Shown piece by piece: positions 6,470-16,400 of a stretch of 20,525 nt of DNA (its first letter is position 1; each line of letters starts with the position of its first letter). Source of the stretch: an uncultured virus (IMG/VR IMGVR_UViG_3300005239_003333) (taxonomy: Duplodnaviria; Heunggongvirae; Uroviricota; Caudoviricetes); the IMG/VR virus record IMGVR_UViG_3300005239_003333; one strand, written 5' to 3'. The translations under genes were made by a program, and so were the position numbers. The notes beneath the pieces are model-generated. The model had not been told where the DNA came from. It worked only from the letters and a program-made list of their open reading frames with translations, and searched no databases.

Positions 6470-9400
6470 ATAGTTACTACTGTACTTGAACTACCTGCAA
6501 ATAGTGAAGTAGGTGGTTTTTTTGGAAATAGAATTGCATCCGGTTTGTCGGCCGGCAGCTATACTGTTAAATTATTAAATCTTGTCACTAGTGTCACCTA
6601 CGAGCAGGTTATAGAAGTTAAAGCATCTACAGGCCGCGTTTTGAGCAATAACTACACGGTAGTAGCTGGGGCCTTAGAAGGAAACATTGAAACAAGTAAT
6701 TTCCCATCAAAAAAGGTAATGGTATACCCGACAACAAGAGATAAAGCATATAAGGCTTTCTACGGAGATGTTGCTGTTATCGAGATTCTCGCGCTTAATA
6801 TGGTAGGCTATGATTATTCATCGTATTTTAACCAACGCGGTGTCGCCGGCGGGGCCACTTCATCTCCGCGAAATAGTTCTTGTTTAGTGCTAGCGAAACT
6901 CTTAGCCGGTGGATCTGGCTACAGGCCAAACGCCTTCTACCCTGTATTTTGGGAAGAGAATAGAACCGCTGGTATAGCTGGCCAGTTCGAGGCCGATGAG
7001 CGACTCCCGAGGAACGCCGGCTTCAGCGGTCCAGACTATAGTATACCGTATGAGCCATTCAGAGGCGTAGGTCGTCGTGCACCTATTCAGCAAATAGTAC
7101 CAGTATTTGTAGCTCTTACTGATAGTAATGGTTCGGTATATGATATTGTAGAGTACGATGAACAAAAGTATGGTTACCGGCTATATAATGACAGGTCTAG
7201 CGGTGCTGGAATGCATTGGTTACACTTTCATAGTACATATACAAGAGATCTGTTTATAGGGTTTAGCTACGGCGGCTATTGGTCTGTGGGTGGCGATCGG
7301 AATTTTTCGTACTCTTCGTCCGGTATTGCCGCTCCATATGCCCCGCAGTACGTTACGTACTTTGACTCCGCTACCGGTTCGCACGTAACAGATAGTGCCT
7401 GGGTCAGTTTAAATATCCGAAATGACGCTGGTCAAATTAGCCCGGTAACAAAAACTTTAATTGATCCTTTTAGTGCCACGGGTGGCGCCGATATAGTAGC
7501 TGTTTTAGCTAATATTGGTAATGAAAATATGAGCCCATTCGATGGAGTAAAGGTGAGTGAATATACCGATGCTCCTATAACATTTCATACTCTTGATCCA
7601 GAGGAAGAATGGTTTCAGCTGCCGAATAATGCTTCATTTGGCGGGTACATTTACCCTTATACGGACACCAGCTGGCGCGCCGGTATTGGAATTTATCCTT
7701 TATCAGCTGATGAAAATGGGCTACCTGTTATTATCAAAAACGGTAAGGGAACTACCCGGGCTACTAGCCGCACGAGTAGCTTGCTTCCAATCGACGGGCT
7801 AACCAATATGTACGACGAGTTCGACAATCCAGTAGTGTACGATGCAGTAGCTAGCTTTACGCCCTACTATCAGAAAGGTATAAATGTAAACTTAGGATAT
7901 GATCGTATTCAAAATGACCCACCAAAAACGGGGTGGCCTATGAATCCGAGTCAGTATGATAGTTCTGGCTCCATGACTATGACGTATTATAAGGCACCAT
8001 ATTCTGGCAGTACATTTGCATGGTTTTTTCCGAACGCAGCGCCGTTGTACGACACTAGTGATATGATTACAAATGCCGATGGATCACTAGTAGCGCCATG
8101 GCGACAAAGCTTAGGTCCTGGTGGGACAGGTGTGGGTTCTCCAGTCTACGGGTTAGTTAACTGGCGCGCGATACATTCGGTTGGCATGGCTACACCCGGA
8201 ACGAGTTTCGGTTATTACAACGAGGGTGCCGCGCTTACATACGATACCGTACCGCTTAGAGTACGGTTTGGTGGAAACTTTTCTAAAAAATCTATTGAAT
8301 TTGTAAATTATACTGGTAATGGAGGACCCTTCGGACAGCCTGCAGGGTTTATACCTAACACCTTAGAGGGTGATTCTGAAGTGGAGCCTGTTACTATGGT
8401 TAATTTTAATGATACGTCAGTAAAAGGGGTGACAGCTATTGCGCAATCTCCTTTAAAGTTATTAAGAGGTTCAGATTTTACTCAAACAGCTAATGCAGCT
8501 AACGGTATAGATACTAAATTAGATTTTACCCCTAATAATTTAGAGAGTGTGTATGGTGAAGATATAGCATTTACTGATGTTAATGAGTATTGCGTTCTAG
8601 AAATAGGAGCTGTTATACCTTACGGTTGTATGGAGGGTATATCATCTAAGTTAAATAAGCATCCAGGGGATCCGCTCAACCCTACGTGTTTATCTGTAGC
8701 CGGTACCGGTGATGCTAATTTTTCACTGTATACATTTTATATAAGATTAAAAGCCAAGGGGACTGGTTACCCTCCTAATTCAAAAATACCAGTTTATATA
8801 AGAAGAGGAAAAGACCATCTTCCATATTATAACCAAGGGTCGTTGCCAGCTAATCCCGGGCCTACTTTAGAGATTGGCCAGGTTAGTAATATTACCGTCG
8901 ACGGTCGTGGTTCAGGCGGGCCGTGTGTCTGTATGATACACACAGACGATGATGGTGTAACAACCCATATTACAGAATATGTCGATCCTAAGAGTAAATG
9001 CAGATCAGAGGGCGCTAGTTCGCTATATCCTAGTAAATCTTTAACCGCCGGTTTAGATCCAAATGTTCAAGATTTTACAGCAGATGTTAATGATGGTGTA
9101 AATTATGATGGTGCCGAAAGTCCTCCTATGACTCACCCTGATGGTAGCGGTCAATGGTATAATGAAAGACCATCACAGTACAGGAGATTAATGAACCTTG
9201 GTGAAGTGAGCGATTCTTTGTATGGCTACGCTAAGGATTATATCGCACCCATTGATTTAGTTGACGACACAGATAGCGGTAAAGTAGGGTGGGGAAATGC
9301 ATTTTCTACTGATATAGGACAGGCTATTACAAAAGCTGCCAACTTCGGGACAATAGCAAGATATAAAAACGCTTCAACTTTTGAAAAAGACCGCCAGTAT

Positions 9401-9727
9401 ATCAATAAGGACCTGTTACCCGCTCTATCGGGTGTGTTTCCGTTCGCAACAACCCAAGGATACTACATCCAAAATAAACAGCATTATCAAGGAGAACCGA
9501 ATTCGGTTTTTATACCATTCCTTGGATATGCATATTGGGTGCCACCCGATATTCAACAAGGCCCGCTGCCATGGCACCAGCGCATAGGTAAGAATGAAAA
9601 TTTTCAACTTAATACATATCCCAACAGCCTTTACATGACAGGTACGTATCAGTTTGGAGGATATTATACCTACACGGACAATCCCTCACGCGATCAATTT
9701 CCGATGAAATTCTTATGGCAAAGTTTT
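6470..9727 (+). CDS. giant virion/tail-associated protein, paralogue 1 (truncated at both ends by N-gaps)
   Basis: >1080 open codons; G(S/T)GY motifs as in T4-like structural proteins; collinear similarity to 13432-17250. Confidence 0.75.
8715..8808 (+). repeat. near-identical block shared with 15817-15910
   Basis: 94 nt with one mismatch by eye. Confidence 0.9.
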
Positions 9728-9747
9728 NNNNNNNNNNNNNNNNNNNN

Positions 9748-9833
9748 ATAACTCCTTTATAAGGAACGGTATTACGGGCAGGGGGTTCATCTAAACCAAG
9801 TATCTTTCTAACAGTAGGATCGGTAATTTCCAT
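9748..9833 (-). CDS. 5' fragment of hypothetical protein (MEITDPTVRKILGLDEPPARNTVPYKGV...), runs into gap
   Basis: ATG 6 nt after promoter motif 9840-9855. Confidence 0.65.
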
Positions 9834-9839
9834 ACACCT

Positions 9840-9855
9840 ATTATATGATAGTTCC
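9840..9855 (-). promoter_or_regulatory. early-type promoter motif GGAACT-ATCA-TATAAT
   Basis: exact motif; ATG 6 nt downstream (9833). Confidence 0.8.
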
Positions 9856-9858
9856 TAG

Positions 9859-9866
9859 TATAAATA
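9859..9866 (+). promoter_or_regulatory. T4-like late promoter TATAAATA
   Basis: exact T4 gp55 consensus 7 nt before ATG 9874. Confidence 0.7.
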
Positions 9867-9873
9867 ATATTAT

Positions 9874-10725
9874 ATGGCAAAACCAGACTTAACTCGTAGC
9901 GGCTTTAGAGGGCCACGATCTCCTAATGACTTAGCTCGTATGAAAGCTAGGATGAAAGACTTTAATAAAGTTGCGAGAGTTGCTCAAGGAGGCAGCGGGT
10001 CTAATGTAACTTATAGTAGTGGAAGTAGTGAGAGTAGTGGAAGCAGTGGAAGTAGCGGTACTCCTTCCCCGGAATATAATGTTGCAACAGCTGGTAATGT
10101 TACTAGTATTAATGAAGGAAGCGCGTTAACAATTAACGTTACAACTACTAATGTATCAGATGCGACTCCGCTTTATTGGACAATTCTTGGTAATACAGGA
10201 GATTTCAGCACAACAAGTGATAGCTTTAATATTAATAGTAATGCAGGCTCGTTTACCGTAACACCAACTGCTGATTCAACTACTGAGGGCACTACTGAAA
10301 CCTTCCAAGTTCAAATCAGAACTGGAAGTACTGGCGGTACTGTAGTAGCTACAACTAATGCAATTACTATCAATGACACGAGCCAAACACCTGCATTTAG
10401 TCCGGACTATACCTTATCAGTTAGTTACGGCGGTACCGGAATATATACAGTAACAGGATCTGATCGGGATGGTTCAGTAAGTGGCAGTAATCCATCTCTT
10501 GCATTTAATGCAGGTGATAAAGTAAGATTTAGTAACTCAGATAGTAGCGCGCATCCATTATATATTAAAACAGTGCAAGAAACAGGTAGCACTTATAACC
10601 TAGCATCAGGAGTTTCCGGAGCAAGTACAGCAACAGTCGATTGGACAATACCAGCTGGTAGCGATACTTATTACTACCAATGCTCAGTGCATAATGCAAT
10701 GTATGGCACAATTACTGTAACATAG
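9874..10725 (+). CDS. virion structural protein with Calx-beta/Ig-like domain and C-terminal cupredoxin-like domain
   Basis: SINEG..LTINVTTTNV...LYWTI module; HPLYI ... YYYQCSVHNAMYGTITV (H, C-x2-H-x2-M). Confidence 0.7.
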   Translation: MAKPDLTRSGFRGPRSPNDLARMKARMKDFNKVARVAQGGSGSNVTYSSGSSESSGSSGSSGTPSPEYNVATAGNVTSINEGSALTINVTTTNVSDATPLYWTILGNTGDFSTTSDSFNINSNAGSFTVTPTADSTTEGTTETFQVQIRTGSTGGTVVATTNAITINDTSQTPAFSPDYTLSVSYGGTGIYTVTGSDRDGSVSGSNPSLAFNAGDKVRFSNSDSSAHPLYIKTVQETGSTYNLASGVSGASTATVDWTIPAGSDTYYYQCSVHNAMYGTITVT

Positions 10726-10727
10726 AT

Positions 10728-11993
10728 ATGACCCAGATACCTACATTATTTGATTTAAACCGGTTACAGGCTAACAACTACACTAGGAAACGTTTTAAAA
10801 TAAAACCGGCTGCATCGTCGCCCGCGCCACCTCCAACAAGAACTATACGTATACTATATGGGCGGTATAACACACCAGAGGCGAAAGTATTTGATGCAAC
10901 TATTCAAAGCGGTACAATGGTCAGGTCGGCCCAAGTAGGGTCTACTATTCAAGGAGCAAATAATCCTTTTGATGGAGGATCAACGTATGCAGTTGATGAT
11001 AAGATGGGGTATTCGGTCAGCCTATCAAAGGATGGAAATATAGCAGCTATTAGCTCGCCGGAAGCGTATGATACAGCTGCCCCGGGTAGTATAGGCGGTG
11101 ATCCACCTACAATGACTGGTAATGTAAAGGTATATGAATATAATGGCACTAGTTGGTCGCAGAAAGGCTCTACGTTATACGCGGGGGAAACTAGCTACGA
11201 AGCCTTCGTAGGCACTAGTGTAGATTTATCAGACGATGGATTAAAATTATTGGTTGAATCTGCAGGATATAATAGTGGCGACGAAGGTTATTCACAATCA
11301 CGATCGTCATATTATGTATATGAATCTGGTGATTGGGTTTTAAAAAGTAGACCTAGTCAAGTTTTCAGATACGGTTACCGAGCTCAAATGTCGAATGATG
11401 GTAATGTAATAGTTGCAACTAACCCAGCCGAAGCCTTTCCTTCTCCTGGGCCTAAAGCATCGATATGGGAGTACGATTCAACAGGTGATTCATGGAGTAA
11501 AAGAGAAGATATTGCTCCTCTCAGCCTTAATGGAGGCGGGGGATTAGATATTAATAATGATGGTTCTATAATCTGTGTATCTCAAGGCTATAATTCAAAT
11601 AATGTAAAGGTATTTAAATGGAACGGATCTTCATATGACTTAATGGGCGCGCAATTCGGATCTCTTCAACATATGAAGTGTAGGATGAATGATGCTGGAG
11701 ATATTGTAGTTGTTTCAGGTACTAACGGTCTTCGCGTCTATAGATGGAATGGTACTACTTGGGTCCAAGATAGTACGACTCTAGGGTCCGGTGATGTAAA
11801 TACAGCTTTTGAGATAAACCCCACAGGTGATATTGTAGTAACCGGTACACCGGCGGTATTCCAATATTATAACGGTGATTGGACTAATACCGGTAGTATA
11901 GATACTGGAGGACAATATCCAATAACTAACAATACCGGATACGCGTATCCATCGTTTGGTGGTCAGTTTACTATAGGACTTAGCGAGATTTAA
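10728..11993 (+). CDS. beta-propeller (FG-GAP-like repeat) protein, putative adhesin/structural
   Basis: repeats GYSVSLSKDGN, GTSVDLSDDG, AQMSNDGN, LDINNDGS, RMNDAGD, EINPTGD with V.VY...G.SW segments. Confidence 0.75.
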   Translation: MTQIPTLFDLNRLQANNYTRKRFKIKPAASSPAPPPTRTIRILYGRYNTPEAKVFDATIQSGTMVRSAQVGSTIQGANNPFDGGSTYAVDDKMGYSVSLSKDGNIAAISSPEAYDTAAPGSIGGDPPTMTGNVKVYEYNGTSWSQKGSTLYAGETSYEAFVGTSVDLSDDGLKLLVESAGYNSGDEGYSQSRSSYYVYESGDWVLKSRPSQVFRYGYRAQMSNDGNVIVATNPAEAFPSPGPKASIWEYDSTGDSWSKREDIAPLSLNGGGGLDINNDGSIICVSQGYNSNNVKVFKWNGSSYDLMGAQFGSLQHMKCRMNDAGDIVVVSGTNGLRVYRWNGTTWVQDSTTLGSGDVNTAFEINPTGDIVVTGTPAVFQYYNGDWTNTGSIDTGGQYPITNNTGYAYPSFGGQFTIGLSEI

Positions 11994-12002
11994 TAATTAA
12001 AA

Positions 12003-12079
12003 TGGTACTCCGAGCAGGACTCGAACCTGCGACCCACGGTTTAGAAAACCGTTGCTCTATCCAACTGAGCTATCGGAGC
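12003..12079 (-). tRNA. tRNA-Arg(TCT)
   Basis: GCTCCGA TAGCTCAGTTGGATAGAGC A ACGGT-TTTCTAA-ACCGT ... GGTTCGAGTCC ... TCGGAGT ACCA. Confidence 0.93.
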
Positions 12080-12087
12080 ATCTGGAT

Positions 12088-12103
12088 ATTATAATATGGT
12101 TCC
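12088..12103 (-). promoter_or_regulatory. early-type promoter motif variant GGAACC-ATAT-TATAAT
   Basis: 8 nt upstream of the tRNA-Arg 5' end. Confidence 0.7.
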
Positions 12104-12107
12104 TATT

Positions 12108-12873
12108 CTAATTACAGAAAAAATGGCACCCAGTTTTTTCGAGAATATCTTCAAGTCCTTTCTCGTCTTGTAGAATAATATCTCCAGTTGGTATATAGTT
12201 AATACCATTATGCTCTTTTACTAAATATATACCTTCATCGTCAATACCAGAACCAATACCTTCGAATGAAATATTATATTTTATCTTTAATATAATCTAC
12301 TTTATTATACTCCTCTTTAAAGTTATCTAACTTAGAACCTCTTAAAAATCCGTTGTATAAGGCACTTACAACTTTTTCTTCTATTTTCTCTATGTCAATA
12401 TGTTCACCGGCCTCTATTTTTAAACTAGTAGCTAACGAATGGTAATTTGACGGGAAAGTTGTTAAACTAGTATTTACATTTAATCCAATACCGACAATAT
12501 AATGCGGTACAGGCAATCCAAGCCCTCTCGAAACCATGCCAGAAATCTTTTTACCGTTACAGTATATGTCATTAGGCCATTTAACTTGGAAGAGTAATTT
12601 AGGAAATATTTTTTGTAATGCATTGCAAACTTCTAAACCATACCAAACAGACGCGCTTTTCATTTCCGCCCATTCAATACCGGGTAAATTTATACATAAA
12701 TGTATATTATCACTGCACGTCGCGTGCCATTTTTTATTAAATCTACCGGATGCAGCGGTCATCTGCTTGGAAATAACTGCAAAAGGTGGTTCAATATTAT
12801 CACTAGCTTGTAAATTTACAGCCTTACTCATTACACTATCCACGACATTAAATCTATATATTGGTATGTCCAT
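12108..12873 (-). CDS. birA: BirA-like biotin-protein ligase family protein (no HTH), probable 1-nt indel near 12278-12281
   Basis: VKWPNDIY, GKKISG, VGIGLNVN, GR..KKW; BPL_C-like tail FEGIGSGIDDEG..LV...TGDI continues in the adjacent frame to stop at 12108. Confidence 0.8.
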
Positions 12874-12880
12874 ATTAAAG

Positions 12881-12888
12881 TATAAATA
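12881..12888 (+). promoter_or_regulatory. T4-like late promoter TATAAATA
   Basis: exact consensus 15 nt before ATG 12904. Confidence 0.6.
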
Positions 12889-12903
12889 TATATATAGTTA
12901 ATC

Positions 12904-13088
12904 ATGTCCGTAAATAAAACAAGTTTAAATTTAAATAATGCATATCTTAAGCAAAACGGAGTGATGCACTCGCCACAACTTATCAAATTAGGTAATAATA
13001 TAGTATGGCCTAGGACGAAAGTTGTAGAATTTAAAACATTACAATCAGGCGGCGAGTTAAATTTTACCGTCGGCGCTACAACAAAATA
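12904..13088 (+). CDS. 5' fragment of a tail-associated protein (runs into gap)
   Basis: N-terminal NAY...IKLGNNIVWP motif shared with the 13432 protein (NAY...MMLGPSLVWP). Confidence 0.65.
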
Positions 13089-13108
13089 NNNNNNNNNNNN
13101 NNNNNNNN

Positions 13109-13435
13109 ATTTTAGAGTACTGGTCTAGATTTAATGATGATGAAAAACCTATTGTAATTACATTAGAGCGGGACTTAGACAAAGTTAAAGAAAGTTATAA
13201 GCGCCGGTTTAAACGACAGCATCCTATGTCAATTGATGACTCGATCAGTGAATCTATGGCTGATGTCGCATTTGAAAAGCATTACAAACATCACTTAAGT
13301 GTGTTGGAGCAAATAAAACCAGATTTTACCCTTTCAGTTGATGCTGATGATAAGCAAGCCAGATTAGATGAACTCGCGACCACTCTCGGCGTATCATTAT
13401 CTACCGACTGGGCGCCTATCAACAGCACGTCATGA
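13109..13435 (+). CDS. C-terminal fragment of a sulfotransferase-like (P-loop) protein
   Basis: frame is open from the gap: ILEYWSRF...PIVITLERDLDKVKESYKRRF (Ixx xRD-x5-S, 3'-PB-like) ... LDELATTLGV. Confidence 0.5.
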   Translation: MLEYWSRFNDDEKPIVITLERDLDKVKESYKRRFKRQHPMSIDDSISESMADVAFEKHYKHHLSVLEQIKPDFTLSVDADDKQARLDELATTLGVSLSTDWAPINSTS

Positions 13436-16400
13436 TATCTAATGTAACATTACAAAACGCCTATAAGGGCGCTAACGGGATTACCCGTATGATGTTAGGA
13501 CCATCTCTAGTCTGGCCAAAAGCTCCGACTTTAATGTTTGATATCACAAACGCTCTTTTACCTTTTGATATAAGTATCGACGCTCCTGCGCAATTTTTAA
13601 TATTTCAAGAAGTTGGCGGAGCCGCTTATTTGTTTAATGCGGGGAGAAGCACTTCTAATAAAACGCTCAGTACAGAAGCTCGTGGTACTGAAAGGCCATA
13701 TAAAATGGTACATACACAGGTTGATCCTAAGGTTTCATATAATATACCTATACAAGCTAAGTTCGTTGGTTCTCTATCTGTTCAAATAATAGCAAGGTCC
13801 TCCAGAGTCTCTAGAGCAAATCGATACACATCATATACAGATCGAAATAATGGATCTATATCAGCTTATATTAAGAATGATTATAATATTAGTATTTCTT
13901 TTCGTATTGAAGTGCGTAATGCCTCGGGTACTATAGTAGCTAACACAGTACAAAATGTTTCTCCAGGCGAACATGACATAGGTAATTCTACATATATTTC
14001 AAGCGGTCGCACTATAAAAACTGCTTTACCGGCTGGTCGTTATAATATTAAGGTATATAATCTTACAACTGGTATAATCAATGAGACTACTGTCGAATGC
14101 CAATCTGTTACACGTGGCTGGAAAGTAAACCGTTATACATTATTATCAGGCGCTTTAGATGGTCTCGAGAATCTTACTACAACCGGTGCTTTTTCAAGGA
14201 GAGTATTAGTATACCCGTCAACAAGAAATAAAGCATATAAGGCTTTTTACGGCGATGTTGCTGTTGTCGAGGTTCTTGCGTATAATATAAAGGGATATGA
14301 CTATAAAGCTTTTCAAAACTTTCTTGGAAACAGCGTCTTACAAACCGCCAGTACCGGGGAAGGTGCTTGTATTCTGCTTGCAAAATTAATAGATGGCGGT
14401 TCTGGGTACAGAGCAAACGCTTTCTACCCTATATTTTGGGAAGAGCCTCCTTCAGGTAACTCATTTGAAGCAACCGGTGAAATGGTTCCGTTTTTTGTAG
14501 CTCTTACTGATAGTAATGGATCGGTATATGATATTGTAGAGTATGATGAACGGAAGTATGGTTACCGAGAATATAATGATAGAACTAGCGGTGCAGGTAT
14601 GCATTGGTTACACTTTCATAGTACATACTACCAGGTAGGTGGTTACTATTCTGTTTGGTTAGAAAGCTGGGCACCACAATACGTTACATACCTCGACCCC
14701 GCTACCGGGCCACATTTAACAGATTCTGCATGGGTCGCTAAAAATATTCGAGCTGACGCCGGTCAAATGAATGATTCAACCGGGACATTAATCGATCCTT
14801 TTTCTGCAGATGGTGGTGCAGATATAGTAGCTATTTTTGGTAATATTTCAAGCCAGCAATACGGCTATACATCCTATGTCCCGTGGAATCCATTTAACAC
14901 CAGCACAGCTGAATATATTGACGCGCCGCGGACACTACATACTTTAGACCCAGAGGAGGCTTGGTTTGACCTTCCAACTCATAATATAAGTAATAATATT
15001 GTACTCGATGAGAATGGGTTACCAATTATTGTAAGATCTCTTAACTCCAGTAATGGTGATTTTGATAACGAGAGGTTTAACTATGGTAATAAAGCTGGTA
15101 GAGGCACGTATATAGGCACAAACTATACTATTATCGACCCCCCAACGGTTGGATATAGTAGTGGATCAGGCTATTGGTATTACCCGAATGGCGGCCCATA
15201 CTACGATACAAGTGATCTTGTAAATGGTATAGCCCCATGGCGTCAAAGCTTAGGTGCTGACGGCACTGATGTTGGTTCACCGGTTTATAAAAAATATAAT
15301 ATTGGAGCGAGAAACGCGGTGATGGGTCTATTTGCTCGTCCCGGCTGGGATTATAGCGAACCAACACTTAGACAGCAGACCGGAGGAAATTTCTCTAAAA
15401 AATCTATTGAATTTGTAAATTACACCGGCAATGGTGCACCGGCTGTACAGCCCGGCGGGTTCATATCGAATACTTTAGACGGTGACCCGGATGTAACACC
15501 CACTACGAAGATTAATTTTAAAGATACGTTAATAAGCGGAATAACAGCTACAGCGCAACCTTCCTTAAACATAATTGGAGGTGCAGATTTTACTCAAACA
15601 GTTAACGCAGATAAGGAGACGATAGATAGTAAGATAGAAATTATACCTAATAATTTGGATAGCGTGTATGATGAAGATATGGCATTTACCGATATTAACG
15701 AATATTGCGTTCTAGAAATAGGAGCTGCTATACCGGCGTTTGTATGACCGGTATAGGTAATCAACTAAGGTTGCACCCTGGCTCAAGTTCGACGTGTTTG
15801 TCTGTCGCAACTTCAACTAATTTTTCACTGTATACATTTTATATAAGATTAAAAGCCAAGGGGACTGGTTACCCTCCTAACTCAAAAATACCAGTTTATA
15901 TAAGAAGAGGGGCAGCTTGGGTTCAAGGATATAATACAAGCTTATTACCATCTAATCCCGGTCCTACTTTAGAGATTGGACAGGTTGATAACATTACTGT
16001 TAATGGTCGTGGTTCAGGAGGGCCGTGCGTATGCATAATACATACAGACGTTAATGGTATTACAACGCATATTACAGAATATGTCGACCCGGCAAGTAAG
16101 TGTAGAACTGAAGAGCTGCTGGATGGGGATTGGAATAAACCATCAAATCGCGACTATCAAACATATACTTTTAGAGCAGATGTTAATGATGGTGCGAATT
16201 ATGATGGTTCACAAAGTCCTCCTATGACTCACCCTAATGGTAGTGGTGAATGGTATAATGAAAGACCTTCACAATATAGAAGATTAATGAATTTAGGTGA
16301 AGTGAGTAATTCTATATATGGCTATGCTAAGGATTATATCGCACCTATTGATTTAGTGGATCAAACGGATGCTGGTAAAGCTAAATGGACTGGATCGGCT

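Noticed and set aside
10015..10060. AGTAGTGGA-type short tandem repeat
   Set aside because: Encodes an ordinary Ser/Gly linker
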